Assembly (NCBI GenBank): GCA_973895155.1
Contig: OZ316896.1
Span: 8,143,539-8,207,538, forward strand
Direction of reading: 5' to 3'
From: Marsupella aquatica
Lineage: Eukaryota > Plantae > Marchantiophyta
DNA length: 64,000 nucleotides
Positions 26,126-42,712 of the stretch are shown piece after piece. The notes under the pieces are model-generated. The model searched no databases. It was not told the DNA's origin and was given only the letters and a program-made list of their open reading frames with translations. A program made the translations under genes and the position numbers. Position 1 is the stretch's first letter; each line of letters opens with the position of its first letter.

Positions 26126-26950
26126 TCCCAATGTTCTTATTTTTTCTTTATGAAGTCCGTTGTCTTCTCTTCTTTATATGACTTCATGATATTCAAACAA
26201 AGCCTTTGGTCCATCTGCCCTTCAAAGTCCTTTTCTGTATTCAAAGCCCATGGTCCCAATCCGAGCTTCAAAGTTTTTGTCTGAGCTTCTGTTTCTGTAT
26301 TGACTGCTTGTGCAAAACCCTTTTCTAAGGATTATGTCCAGCGGAGATACCAGAAGTCACATCAAAATAATTCATTTCCACAGCCAGAGGTGTACATTGT
26401 ACTGAAACTTCAACAGCGAAAGTAACTTCGAGCATAGTTGCCAGCAGTAGAGTGAGGTTACAAAGCTATTTTCCACACCTGGGGATCACCATGATTACTT
26501 TTTGACACATCTCCAATTGAAGCTTTTCCCACCAAGCCAACCATGAACAACGTTTATGGCTTCGAAAGCATGAAGCCGATATACATCCACAAAGGCCTAA
26601 ATAAAAAAAAGATGCACCACTAAATGTACAATTCGACCCTGGGCGGCCTGTAACAATACACTTCTTTAAAGATTTACAGCTTTCTGACAACCTGCCCAAT
26701 TTAAAGATGACTTACACGGGGTCCTAGAATAGCACGTAGTAAAATACAGGATCAACTATCTTGTGATGTACAAACTACCGGACTTCATAATCTTGTGTGG
26801 GCTTCAATGTGATACATGATCAACCCAAACCATCTCCAGCATGCTGATGTCTTGCCTTAAAATCAACTTCACGTGCATAGTGCCACTGGGACTGTAACTA
26901 TCACAGGGAGATCAATATGATTTGACAGTTGAATTTAATGATAGACCACG

Positions 26951-31402
<4,452 letters not shown>

Positions 31403-31842
31403 AATGTCTACACACGGAGTTTATCGAGGTGCTTGAAGGACTCTTCCAACAGATAGTCTCCCTGTTAGCTTGTCAATAAGAGAAGTACAGAAACAGGGGG
31501 TTTGATCTGATGGTCGAAGGTGCCCCGCCTTCACAGGCGAACTAGAAGATCCAAACCTCCCGACCACATTGAAAGAGCACTCAATATTGATTTACAATCG
31601 ATCGTTTGCATCCGCACTCTCGCCTCCACCTACAGTACTGCTACGGCCACATGCGCTCCGGAAAAGTTCAAAACTACTTAACAACGACCGTCCGCCATCG
31701 ACAGCGAACGAAAAAACCTTCCGGCGCCATGATTACGTCGAGGGTTTCTCACTGCGGGGACATCATGTCCAGAAATCCGCAACAATATCGCGATCCAAGG
31801 GCGAAATCTCGACGAAAGCTCGTGGTTCGCGTATCGTGCACC

Positions 31843-31850
31843 AAACCCTA
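31843..31850. promoter_or_regulatory. Telo-box (AAACCCTA) in the 5' region of the MYST/snoRNA host gene
   Basis: Exact AAACCCTA at 31843-31850, with a second AACCCTAA near 31917. Confidence 0.5.
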
Positions 31851-32627
31851 GAGAGCTACTCGATTTCTGATGCAGGATCGGACGAGGGGCACTGTAGTCA
31901 AATCAATCCTGTGGAGAACCCTAAGTCAGAAAATTGCACACGTGACGGTCGCAACAACAGGGTAACCGGATGACGCTCTTCTTATCTGCTACCAGTACTC
32001 ACTACATTAGAGTACTATACACTCTACGTAAAAACTTTTGTCATTGTTCTTTTTGTATTTTTGAGTCCATTGATTTCCCATATAGCCGTCTCCCTTCTTT
32101 TCTTTTGAGGAGGGGATTATGTGAAGCACCATAAATGTAAGAAAGGTAAAACCCAAATATAGTGTTACCATATAAAACAAGATAATAAATTGTATCAAAG
32201 ATTACAAATTTGCTTTTAACTTCTTTCATATCTTTGGCCAATTGCAGAGCAAACACTTCTTGCATGGCCCTTGAACTTGGATTTTCTATTTCATAGTTTC
32301 ACTTTTTCTTGTGTCTTACAAAAAAATTACTCAAGTTTTTATGTACATTAATATCCTAGTGACGGGCTTTATGAGAATAATGCCCTCAAAATTTGGGAAA
32401 CCGCCCTAGTTTTTAAGGGAATTATATCTCAGAATGCACCCTAATCAGGACATTATCCTATTCTTAAATGCCTTCATGATTTTTTCACTTTGTATTTTAA
32501 AGGGCATTTTGGAGCATACTGCCCCTATGAAGATCCAGATCACCTCTTTAAAGATTCTCCTCTACATTTACTAAAGTTGAAAAAACTAAACATCACTCAC
32601 ACAAATTTAGAGTAGAAAGGGAGGGCC

Positions 32628-32975
32628 GGCAATATGGGCTACTAGCCCAATGCCCATGCATTACACAAAAAAGTTTTTAAAAAACTCAAAAATCTCTCAC
32701 TCCTTTTAAGTATAGAGTGAAGTCATGTTTGGAGGGCAATATGGGCTACTAGCCCAATGCCCATGCATTACACAAAAAAGTTTTTAAAACAAAAAATCTC
32801 TCACACCTTTAAATATAGAGTGAAGTCCTGTTCGGAGTGCGTTATGGGATATAAGCCCGGGTATAAGCCCAATGCCCCTGCGATGCACAAAAGATGTTGA
32901 GGCAAGGCAAAGATATCAAGCGAGATATCAAGGTGAGACAAAGATGTTGAGGCGAGTTTAAATGTCAAGATATAA
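32628..32975 (-). mobile_element. Tandemly repeated Helitron-like 3' end (about 107-bp unit) with subterminal ACATCTTT repeats
   Basis: On the minus strand, ..tgcatgggcattgggCTAGt occurs at about 32640 and 32747, with a degenerate third copy at about 32865. Adjacent short acatcttt repeats are shared with 36121-36430, 36890-37187 and 39040-39318. Confidence 0.5.
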
Positions 32976-32981
32976 GAGACT

Positions 32982-33930
32982 AAGTTTTATTTTTTATTTT
33001 ATTATTTCAAAAAGAGGGGGGGGGTATGGAGCCCACAACACAACTGGGACAAAAATTCCCTTGGTGGGAAAACCCAGAGGTCCAACCCAACCAGGTACAG
33101 GAGGGCAAGCCAGAAGTTTGATGAATGGGGAAGAAAAATAACCCAAGCTGGCAGAGGAGGGAGACATCAAATAAATGACCCAAATATAAATGACTAAATT
33201 ATGGGAGAACAAATTGAATGGTTGCCTGACCAATGCAAAGTGAGAGGATGGTGGATGATTGGCAATGGAATTCAATCCCCTTACCCTCCAAAGTAAATGC
33301 AATGTGGGAATGGCTATGGTGAATAAACAATAACCAATTAACCCTAAACACCCTATGTTTATAGGATGCGAACAATTCCTGGAACAATTTTAGACCATTA
33401 AAAAAAAGAACCTGTGTACCTTCCCAAGAAAACAAGAACCCCTCAGCCCTCAAAAAAGAAAAAGTTTGGGTTGCACCTTTTGTTGGAGTCAGGAACTCAA
33501 CCATGTATCCTTTCTTTCAAAAAATAGAAGTAGGTGTAAAGAATGCTAGAAAAACATTGATTGCCTTGTGTTGTTGGAGAGTTTTATGGTGTGCCTTTCC
33601 TTTTAATGTGTGTCTTTCCTTTAAACTAATAATACCAATCCTTAGAAAAAAATAGACTGAAACCACTTGAATAAGGGAAGGAAGAGTGTACTTGTTACCA
33701 ATCTTCGGAGAAAAAAAGAGTGAAAACAAATAATTAGGTGGGTAAAGGAATAAGCCAGGAAAGGAGGACTGAACTTGTTGCACGACTGTTGAGGCAACAC
33801 AGTGATCAGGTGCATGGGAACAAGAGCTAGTACTGCCAGGTGACGATAGACCCTCTCAAGGACCAAGGTGAGGTACTCCCTTCACCTTTTGTGGGAGAAT
33901 CTGTCCTCCTTAACAAACATCACACCATGC
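32982..33930 (-). mobile_element. Decayed LINE 3' end with poly(A) tail
   Basis: A T-rich tract at 32985-33007 (A-rich tail on the minus strand) is preceded on the minus strand by a 3'UTR-like segment and broken W/F-rich ORF2-like frames. Confidence 0.45.
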
Positions 33931-34139
33931 TAGGTAGTATTATAGCATATTGTACTATCTAGGTAAACTTGTATGTTTTGTATGTGTGTTATAGGAGTCG
34001 ATAGAGTTCAGTTGGGTTTGTGTGGGGAGTACTTCTCCCATTGTGAGGCATCGAAAGGTTATCTTTCGATGTTAAGTCTTGGAGAGGGGAGCTTGAGTTG
34101 TGGCTATGGTGGCTAAGGGCTCCTTCTATGTAACGTCAA

Positions 34140-35450
34140 TTCCATGAGTGCAAGGTGCGTTGGGCTTGACATACGTGTGTGATTGGATCAGGCAGGATTG
34201 ATCGAGTATTGTTGGCGTTGATCGCTGTTCGGATCCATTCAAGATTATTGTGGATTTTGGACTGTATGTGTGGACATGAGTTCCACTTGTAGCCCATTCT
34301 CTTATGTTTGTTTGTGTTTATGTTTGTATGTGTGACATGCAATGTATGTTGTGTAGCGATGTGTATGTGCACGACACACAGTAGGAGGGTGCATGGAGGG
34401 GGTCAATTTTGTGATCAAACAGTTGGGGAAAAACGCCTGAAGATTGAATGGCCTCTGATTATTCCCAACAGCCTCATTTTGTACATGGATGATGCTACAA
34501 AAAGGCACGGTTGGGTATTATAGTAGTCGATGATTGATGATAATGAACCCAATGAGCTCTACATTACAATGTTGCAGTTTTTCTGTTGAGGCTTGGACTG
34601 GATTGTACAGCGGAAAGTGCACATCTAGGTAAAGCTCCAAATTTTATACTAAATATGAGGATGGTTTTGTTTGTTTCAAATCGGGTTTCAAATATGCCAT
34701 ATCTCACTTTGAAACTTTATTGAGTCTCATGTCAAGTCCATGATTTTGTATCCATGATTGTTTACTCTTGTGATTTTTAGAGGCACCAATGGGCTGGTAA
34801 CTTGCACTTGTACTTTCAACCACTATATATGCACTCCACCAAAACTCCTCACTCATTTGTATCCAATGTAAAGAGCCGTGGGCGGGAAGCAATCCTAATT
34901 AACTCTTGAATTAACTATCGATGGATGATGGGCCTGTTTTCCAGCAACGTTGGATCACCAATAGACCACCCTCCTTCCTGCTTGCCACCCCTTTCACACC
35001 ATTTTGAGTAGCATGATAGTAAGCATGCTATCTAAGTTGAAGATTCTCATATGTGTACTATGTGAGTAGGTAAGGTTTTATGTGCAAGGGATGGTGAACC
35101 TTTTGTGGTAGCTTGGAAGGCCATCTTTTGATATTGAGCCTATTGAGCAAAGCTCTAGTGATTATGGTGTGGCTGCTAGGCATTGTGCGAATGGGATTCA
35201 AATTCTTGAAGCCCAACTGAAGGTGTATTTGACTTGACATGTGGATGTATGGGATTGTGCGTGCATTGTTGGTAACAATTGTCATGTTGTTTGATAGTAA
35301 GGCACTTGATTTTTGTGGAGGATTTTGTGCATGTGTGGATCTTGGCCTGCTTGAAAACCAGATAGCATTCCAATGAGACAGTGGGTTGGACTTCACTTTT
35401 TGTATTTTCTTTAGTGGGTTTGTTCAAATTCTTGTTGGGTTAGAGATGCT
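34140..35450 (-). pseudogene. Possible Helitron2/Helentron relic (Pif1 helicase C-terminal motifs followed by AP-endonuclease-like fragments)
   Basis: Frameshifted minus-strand peptides ..HTIITRA..KMAF..SLAHKTL..TYENL resemble Pif1 motifs V/VI (TIHxAQG..HGLxYTALSR..xENL). They are followed by YGIFETRF, resembling the EEP 'ET' motif. Heavily degraded. Confidence 0.3.
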
Positions 35451-36076
35451 TAGAGATGCTCTTGTTAGGGCATCTCAAAGCTGGGTCGTTACTAAAAGTT
35501 ACAAATTTATGGTCCATCTTGTAACTCTGGTTATGGAACCTCCAAGTCAAGGAATTTTAAAAATGTGGGGAGGAAGCTAGCATTGACCCACCCATAAGGA
35601 AGGAGTTACTGCCTCACCCTGTCTCATATATTGATAGCATATCTCAATTTTCCTTCATTCTTGATCAACCGCCACGTACCTCAAAAGTAGCAACCATCAC
35701 CACGTGAGGTGCAAAGCCCATGTACCTTCAATCGCACGGCTTTCCAGAGTACCGGATTTTGGATTTCCACCTATGTGCTGGAAAGTTACGGGTTAAGTCT
35801 CAAGCCCACGGGCTTTCCCCGGGGGTTTCCTTACGCTAGCCGAAGATTGGCTCCCATAACTTTTTTGAGAGTTTTCATAATACCTGAGTTATGTCAAAGC
35901 CTGATCTTGTTAAGGCCGGGCTTTGAGCGGGGCTTTGAGACATTATATTAACAGTGCTCTCTCCTTTCCGGTTGTTACCTAAATTAGTGATGGCTAACTA
36001 GTTCCAGTGACTAGTACTCTACAACTATAATAAACGATCCCGTCCACTTTAATTTGTACTTCGTCCCATTATGAAA

Positions 36077-36079
<3 letters not shown>

Positions 36080-36121
<42 letters not shown>
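36080..36121. repeat. (AT)n microsatellite
   Basis: About 21 uninterrupted AT units. Confidence 0.95.
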
Positions 36122-36123
<2 letters not shown>

Positions 36124-36889
36124 ACATCTTTACCTTGCCTTGAGCTGTTTTTCTCATGTTCCCATGTTTTTCCTTTTATCTGACCACCACAGTTTTTTCA
36201 CCCTAGACATCTTTTTCTGTCTTAGACATCTTTTTCTCTCCTCAATATCTTTTTTCACCTGATTTCACATCATCCTTTTCTTCACCTTGGCATCTTTTTG
36301 TCACCTTGACATCTTATCGTTTTTGCATCACGTCATCCTTATCTCACCACAACATCTTCCCACACCCTCGACACATTTTCTCTTAATATTTATCTCTTAT
36401 CGACATCTTTTTGCACTTCAATATCTTTAGGGATGACCATTTTAATTTTTCCAGCCCTTAATGTTTCATGGGGAAGAGGGTGGCCATATCAATTTATCGA
36501 GGCCTAAATGTACTCTGTGATTTTTCTCTTCAAACTTGTGTTTTATAGAGAAGATTGCTCTATACAAAAGTATGTGACTATTTACAAAAGTTTGCTCAGT
36601 TTAAGATTCTTGTATTTGAGTGATATGTAGCCAACATACCTTTAACGGTTGCTCAACAGATAGCACCACTAGCCAAGGCATTTTTACTCAAGATATGAGA
36701 ACCCCAAGGGAGAGATTAGAAGCTTATTGCGAGCTATATGTCCAAAGTAGGAAGCCAGAATGCAAGACACCCGGGCCAACACTATGCCCATCAATGCGCA
36801 CAAGTCAGAGGGGGCTGAAGTTTTTGAGGTGCCACAACCAAGTGTCATGGACCCTCAGGAACCGGAAACAAGTGTGGCTGCAACATCAA

Positions 36890-37187
36890 GTGTCCTCTCC
36901 TTGACATCTTGCCATCATTTCAACATTTTTTCCTCTCCTTCACATATTGCCCTTGCCTCAACATCTTTCCCTTGCCTTGACATCTTGCCCTTGCCTCAAC
37001 ATCTTGCCCTCGCTTGACATCTTTCAATTTTCTCACCCTAACATTTTGCCCTTGCCTCAACCTCTTTGCCTCTCCTCAACATCTTGCCCTCTCCTCGACA
37101 TCTTTGTCTCTCTTTGACATCTTGACCTTGCCTCCACATCCTGCCCTCATCTCAAAATCTTTTGTACAATGCACGGGCATGGGGCTA
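36890..37187 (+). mobile_element. Helitron-like non-autonomous 3' portion with about 21-bp subterminal repeats
   Basis: Array of ccttgcctcaacatcttt / ccttgacatctt units ending in tacaatgcacgggcatggggCTA|GT, with the CTAG split by a MITE insertion. Confidence 0.5.
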
Positions 37188-38053
37188 CCGTCTTCCCCCG
37201 AACACAAAGCCCGGGCGTTGTGTTTGAATATGACTTTTTTGGGGCCCTAAAAGTAAAAAGTGGTTTTTATTCAAACACAGCGTCGGATTAACACAATGCA
37301 CGGGCATTGTGTTCGAGTTTGGCGATGTGTTCAAAGTTAGTGCAACTTTGGCGTTGTGTTTGAAGTTGGCACATACTTTCAAAGTTGGCGCAGCATAGTG
37401 TTGGCGTTGGCTCTATGTGAGATCATATTTTGGTAGGTAGTGTGCATTCGAAAGTGAACAAATGAAGTAGGCAGTCCACAGTTTTCGCAGCATGTAGCAA
37501 CAATTTATCAAGCAAAAGCTCAGAACACATAGTAGACAACTTGTCCAAGTCTCCTTGGTTATGTGATTTTATTGTGCTGTTAGACATCATTTTATTGTTT
37601 GAGGCAACCAAAAAATTGTCTTATGGTATGACATGCACTAAGTTGACAATAGTGATGTTTTGTAACAATTTTTAGAATATTGTTGTTTGTCATAAATTTA
37701 TGGTACTTATGATTTGCAAGGTCTGTTTTCTTAGCTTCCCTTGTGTAATTCCAGTGTTTGAATTACCTACACATTCCCAAACACTGTATTTAAGACTTCA
37801 GTTCGTGCTTACCGACAATACATTAATCTCCTAACCTTGTACACAACAACCTAAACTCAAACACGATGTCAAACTCAAACACAATGCTATTTTTGAACAC
37901 AATGCCATTTTTTAACACAACGCCACCAGTGATAAAAATCCAAAACCATGTCAAAAAACTTGAACACGACGCCTAGGGTGCTATATTCGAATATAGCGCC
38001 CCCGGTCCACTATTCGAATATAGCGCTCTGGCGTTGTGTTCGGGGGAAGACGG
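37188..38053. mobile_element. Tc1/mariner superfamily (pogo/Tc2-like) MITE, 866 bp
   Basis: TIRs CCGTCTTCCCCCGAACACAA / TTGTGTTCGGGGGAAGACGG are a perfect 20 bp and extend imperfectly to about 43 bp. TA flanks both sides (37186-87 and 38054-55). Internal aacacaacgcc-type repeats are present and there is no transposase. Confidence 0.9.
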
Positions 38054-39039
38054 TAGTCTACATCTATAATATTGAATCCTGCTCATTTTAGTCCTTAATC
38101 CCATTACAAAATGCATTTTGGGCAAGAATGAATGACAGCCGCTCGATCTTTTGGGTGATTTTTTGTAACCGTTTGATTATTAATTCTGTGACAAGGGTAC
38201 ACATAAACACATAATGACATTACAATAGTTTAAGTGAGAAAAACAACAATTGTACTTAAGTTTAAGTGAGAAAAACAACAATTGTACTTAAGAGTACAAT
38301 TATGAATTGTAATATTACAATAGTCTATGTGAGAAAAAGAACAATTACACTAGTACAATTATGAATCTTACTAAATTATCCTTTCTACTCTCCCATGGGG
38401 ACTACAACTCTACAAGGGTGTAGTGATTATATTAAACTCTCATGAAAATATAAAGATAAAAGCACTATCCAAAGATGAGGGAGAAGGTAACAAGAAATAA
38501 TTGGCATGGAGGAAAAAAAAGGGGGAGGACCAGATAAAGGAAAAAAGGAACAAAAATGGAGGAAGCCAGGAGAATGAAAAAGTAGGGAAAAATAGAGAAG
38601 GGGTTAAAGGGAGATAATTTTGTATTTTCCTGCCTCCCTCCCCCCAATTAAAAAAATAAGCATGTATATATTATGTATTTAAACTATTAATGATTTTAAT
38701 TGAAAAAAAATTGCATCGCTGTTTTTGGGTGATCATGCTACGGCTTCATGATGTAGTGGCCACTGTCACCCATCTTGCATTTCCATGTTCACACCTTCAT
38801 CCTCCTAACAATAACACATTCACAATAATGATCAAAATGACAACATTTTTGCAACAATGACAAACACCATCAAACAATGACATTTTTTATGCTACACTTT
38901 TTTGCAACAAGTACTATTGATTGAGTTTGCCTGCATTTTATTGTGTTTCCTCAACAATTTTGTCTCACCTCTATATTTTTTTCTCCTTTCATTTTTTTTC
39001 ACCGTAACATTTTCTCTGCAATGCAAGGGCATTTTTTGT

Positions 39040-39318
39040 GTTCTTTACCTCACCACAACATCTCTCCCTCACCCTCGACATGTTTTCTCTTCTCGACATG
39101 TTTTCCTCATCTTTACATCTTTTTCTCACCTTGCCATCTTTTCTCTCCTCAACATCTTGTTTTCACTTTGACTTCCTTTCCTCACCTCGATATCTTTTTC
39201 TCTCATCGACAACTTTTTTCACACCAACATCTTTTCTTCACCTTTCTTTTTTCACCTCAACACCTTTTGTGCAACTTGTAGGCATTCTTTTGTGCAACTT
39301 GTCGGCATTGGGCTAGTC
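39040..39318 (+). mobile_element. Helitron-like non-autonomous fragment (same family)
   Basis: tcacc..acatcttt repeats ending in ggcattgggCTAGt. Confidence 0.45.
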
Positions 39319-39483
39319 TGACTATGAAACGAGGTGAGACAAGGTGAGGATCAAAAAATACTTGAGAAAAAACCCCTACTATGCGTTTTGACTTTGCCAA
39401 CCAACGTAGTTATGCTTACAGTAGGCCCTCATAGGTTGCTTCTTAAGATTGTCAGCCATCTGCTGATGATTGGAATTTGAACT

Positions 39484-39805
39484 TTTTTTTTTTGTCTTGA
39501 ACGGAAATGGGGAGGAAATACAATTAGACTCCCCCCATCCCAATGTGACAGTTTTTCTGTAGGGAACCCAGACCAGGGTGAGCCCCGGCCAACGGATCCG
39601 ACAGGGACCCACACCAGGAAGGAGAGAGTATTAAATCAGGGCCACAAAGTGGATGACCAGGGGTCGGACAGAATGATAATCAGACCTCCAATCCACTACC
39701 CACAAAACCCATCACACCCACACACATATACCCACCACACCAGAGGGGGGATTGAACCTGGGACCTTGACAAATCCCCTAGCCAATTGACCTAAGCCAAT
39801 TGGTT
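39484..39805 (-). mobile_element. tRNA-derived SINE
   Basis: The minus strand starts with an A-box-like TGGCTTAGGTCAATTGG and a B-box GGTTCAATCCC, and ends in poly(A) (T run at 39483-39493). A 10-bp TSD AATTTGAACT lies at 39474-39483 and 39806-39815. Confidence 0.85.
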
Positions 39806-41150
39806 AATTTGAACTCTTTTGAACCATCTCGAGGTACATTAGAGACATGTAGGTCTACCTGCGTTTAGTACGTCGTCCCACGTTGTGTCCCATACAGTGG
39901 ACTGGACAGGTTTTTTGTAATACAGAAAAACCATGGAACATGTGCCATGCATGGAGCTTTTGAGTGTGCGAATCAGGAGTCCAGCATTATCTTTCGAGGC
40001 AAAAAAGAAAAGAAAAAGAGTCCAGAGTTATCAATTTGTCGTGACTTTGAGCCCAGTTTTCTATTTGACTGACACATGTGAACGCTTTCTATGTCCAAGG
40101 ATGCTCAAGAAGGTGAGAGCTGAATTTCGCTCCAGGTTTCTTTATGGGGCCCATAAGTTTGATGCTTTATCGCTGGCACGCTCACGATGGTGAGAGTTGC
40201 TATTAACTTCCATATTGTTCTCCACACCTATCCAATGGACAGTCCGAGTTGAGTATACTTGTCCAGAGGTGAGTGAGAATTTCCAATCCCTCGTGTTATT
40301 TCAATGAATGAAGATGCCTGGTCTTTCGGTGAGCAGTCAAGAAACTTGTACTGTCAGGCACGGTATCGTCCTTCAAGGGTTGAATCCCTTTCGTGATTTA
40401 GAAGACAGCCTCGTCAAAACTCAGAAGTCGTACCTGAACACTCTCAATGTAAGATCGACTTAGCTGTCCATGATCTACTTGGTCACATTCAGTTCAATAA
40501 AAAGAAACATTATTTATTTACTTAAAGCTGTTGATATGGGAACTGACGATCCGCCATCAGGTGACGTACCAGAGCTCTGGGACAGAGTCTTCCACATGCC
40601 ATTACGCCAGTCAATTTCTTAGGCTTCAAAGGGCATGTTCTTGTGCAGGCCTATCAGCGCACGTAGGTCCAACCTTTTAGTATAGCGATCGAAGGTTGAA
40701 AGTTTGCAACCAATCAAACGTTACAGATGACACGCTTTTAGGTACTGTAGGTCCAAACTTTCAGATCTCCATTTCAAAAATTGACATTGACCGCCTCGCA
40801 GGTGTGAATAAGTTATATTGAGGCTGGTCCATTTGTACTGTAGTTCAAGACTTCCATACTCCATAGGCATGGTAGGAGCTGTACGTACGTAGGTCAACTG
40901 TTCCAGCTTTGTAGCCTTTGCCAACTTGAAAGTGCTACATTATGATTGTACTTAGTCGATGAGCACTGGGATGAGCACTGGCCTGACCGAGCCTAGCATT
41001 TGTTGTCTAGGTTGCAATGAAGCAATACATTTGAAACATGAAAGTGTGTCTCTGTGTTCTTGGTGAAGTCGTTGTGCCTTAGAAATATCACTAAACTATC
41101 GACGGTCATTGAGCAAGAGAGACCTCGCACTGATCGAGCAGGGCATCACG

Positions 41151-42550
41151 ATGGCTGGGGCAGTGACTCAGACGAGGGTTTCTGTTGTGGTGATGGTAGT
41201 TGTCATCCTCGGGGCAGCGCTACCTATCAGAGTTGCGGCCAAGTTTGACAGCAGTTGTCCGACGGGATTCGCAAACTTTGGAGACTCGTTGACGGACACC
41301 AGCAACGCACTCAATGCGTTCCCTTATACTGGCGATGCAGAATTCTCGCCATACGGAGAGACTTTCTTCGGCAAGCCGGCCAAACGCTACTCGAATGGGC
41401 GTCTCGTGCCCGACTTCTTCTCCCTGGCGTTCCGCAAGCCTCTTCTGGACGGCTACTTCGCCACTACTTCGTTTGATTACAAATACGGAATCAACTTGGC
41501 CGTGGCCGGAGCAGCGGCTGCTCCGTTGGCGACAGCCGTAGTACCGTACTCCGTGAATCCGTACCAAGTGGCCAACTTCATCAGGTTCAAAACTGCAGCG
41601 TCGAACACAAAACTGGAGGGGAAGCCGTGTGGGAATTTTATTAAGGATTTGCCAGCAGGAGATCCTTATTCGGGCTGGCTTTACACGATCGAAGCCGGAG
41701 GGAATGATGTGCTGAATGGACTCGTAAATAATAGGTCAGTGCAATCGATTATCAATATAACTATACCTGCAGCTCTCGGAAATATCTCCGTCGCAATCCA
41801 GACTCTCTACGCACAGTCGGCAAGGAAATTCTTGGTTTTCAACGTTCCGCCACAGGGCTGTTCCACCATCGTCCTCACCATACTGGCGGGGTCTGGCTTG
41901 CCGTTAGACAGTTCGGGCTGCATTACTGGCATTAACCAGTTGGTCTCCGGATTCAACACTGGACTGAACCTCACTATTCAGGCTTTGCGCAAAGCACTAC
42001 CAAACGCTTCCATCTCTCTATTCGACTATTACAGTGCCAACCTGGAGATACTAAAGAACCCTACGACCTACGGATTCAACCCCAACTTGACCCACACCGC
42101 ATGCTGCGGAGCTCCTGGCGTCGGACCACTGAACTACAATCCGCTTATCACATGCGGCCACCCACAAAACGGCTCCAACGTCTGCTCCAACCCGGACGAA
42201 TACGTTAACTGGGATGGTATGAGACCTTGTCTTGTCATTTTCAAGTTCACTGGGCATGTCTGAGTTGTTCATCCTTTCTGGAGTCATCATGGGCAGGATC
42301 AATTGGGATCCGTTCTCTGTGATCCGGTCATCCCCTGGGCATGCTGAAACCTTGTCTTCTCATTTCATTTTCAGGTATTCATTTCACCGAGCAATTCTAC
42401 CGGACGATTTCGATGTTTGCTTTGAGTGGCAAGTTCACCGACGAACCCGTCTATTACAGTGCCGTCTGCGACCTCGACTTTTCCAAATTCGGCTCTAAAG
42501 TGAAATTGCTACAAGCCTATCCTCGTCAGTGCAACAACCTATTTGGTTGA
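41151..42550 (+). CDS. GDSL (SGNH) esterase/lipase, 2 exons
   Basis: Exons 41151-42216 and 42375-42550 encode a signal peptide, FGDSLTD, PYGETFF..RYSNGRLVPDF, GINLAVAGA, GGND, PPQGC, ACCG, and WDGIHFTE across the splice junction. Confidence 0.93.
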
Positions 42551-42712
42551 TCAGGTTGTGCATAGTTTGAGTGGCAAGTTCACCGACGAACCCGCGTCTA
42601 TTACAGTGCCGTCTGCGACCTCGACTTTTCCAAATTCGGCTCTAAAGTGAAATTGCTACAAGCCTATCCTCGTCAGTGCAACAACCTATTTGGTTGATCA
42701 GGTTGTGCATAG
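42421..42712 (+). repeat. Near-perfect 145-bp tandem duplication of the GDSL 3' end
   Basis: 42421-42565 is repeated at 42566-42712 with only a 2-bp insertion (cccgcgtc vs cccgtc). Confidence 0.92.

Noticed and set aside
32000-38425. Possible CACTA element (CACTACA near 32000; TGTAGTG near 38419-38425)
   Set aside because: Only 7 bp of TIR match, the flanking 3-mers differ (act vs att), and there are no CACTA transposase remnants.
41109-41150. N-terminal extension of the GDSL ORF in the ORF track
   Set aside because: It starts at TTG; the first ATG (41151) directly precedes a signal peptide.
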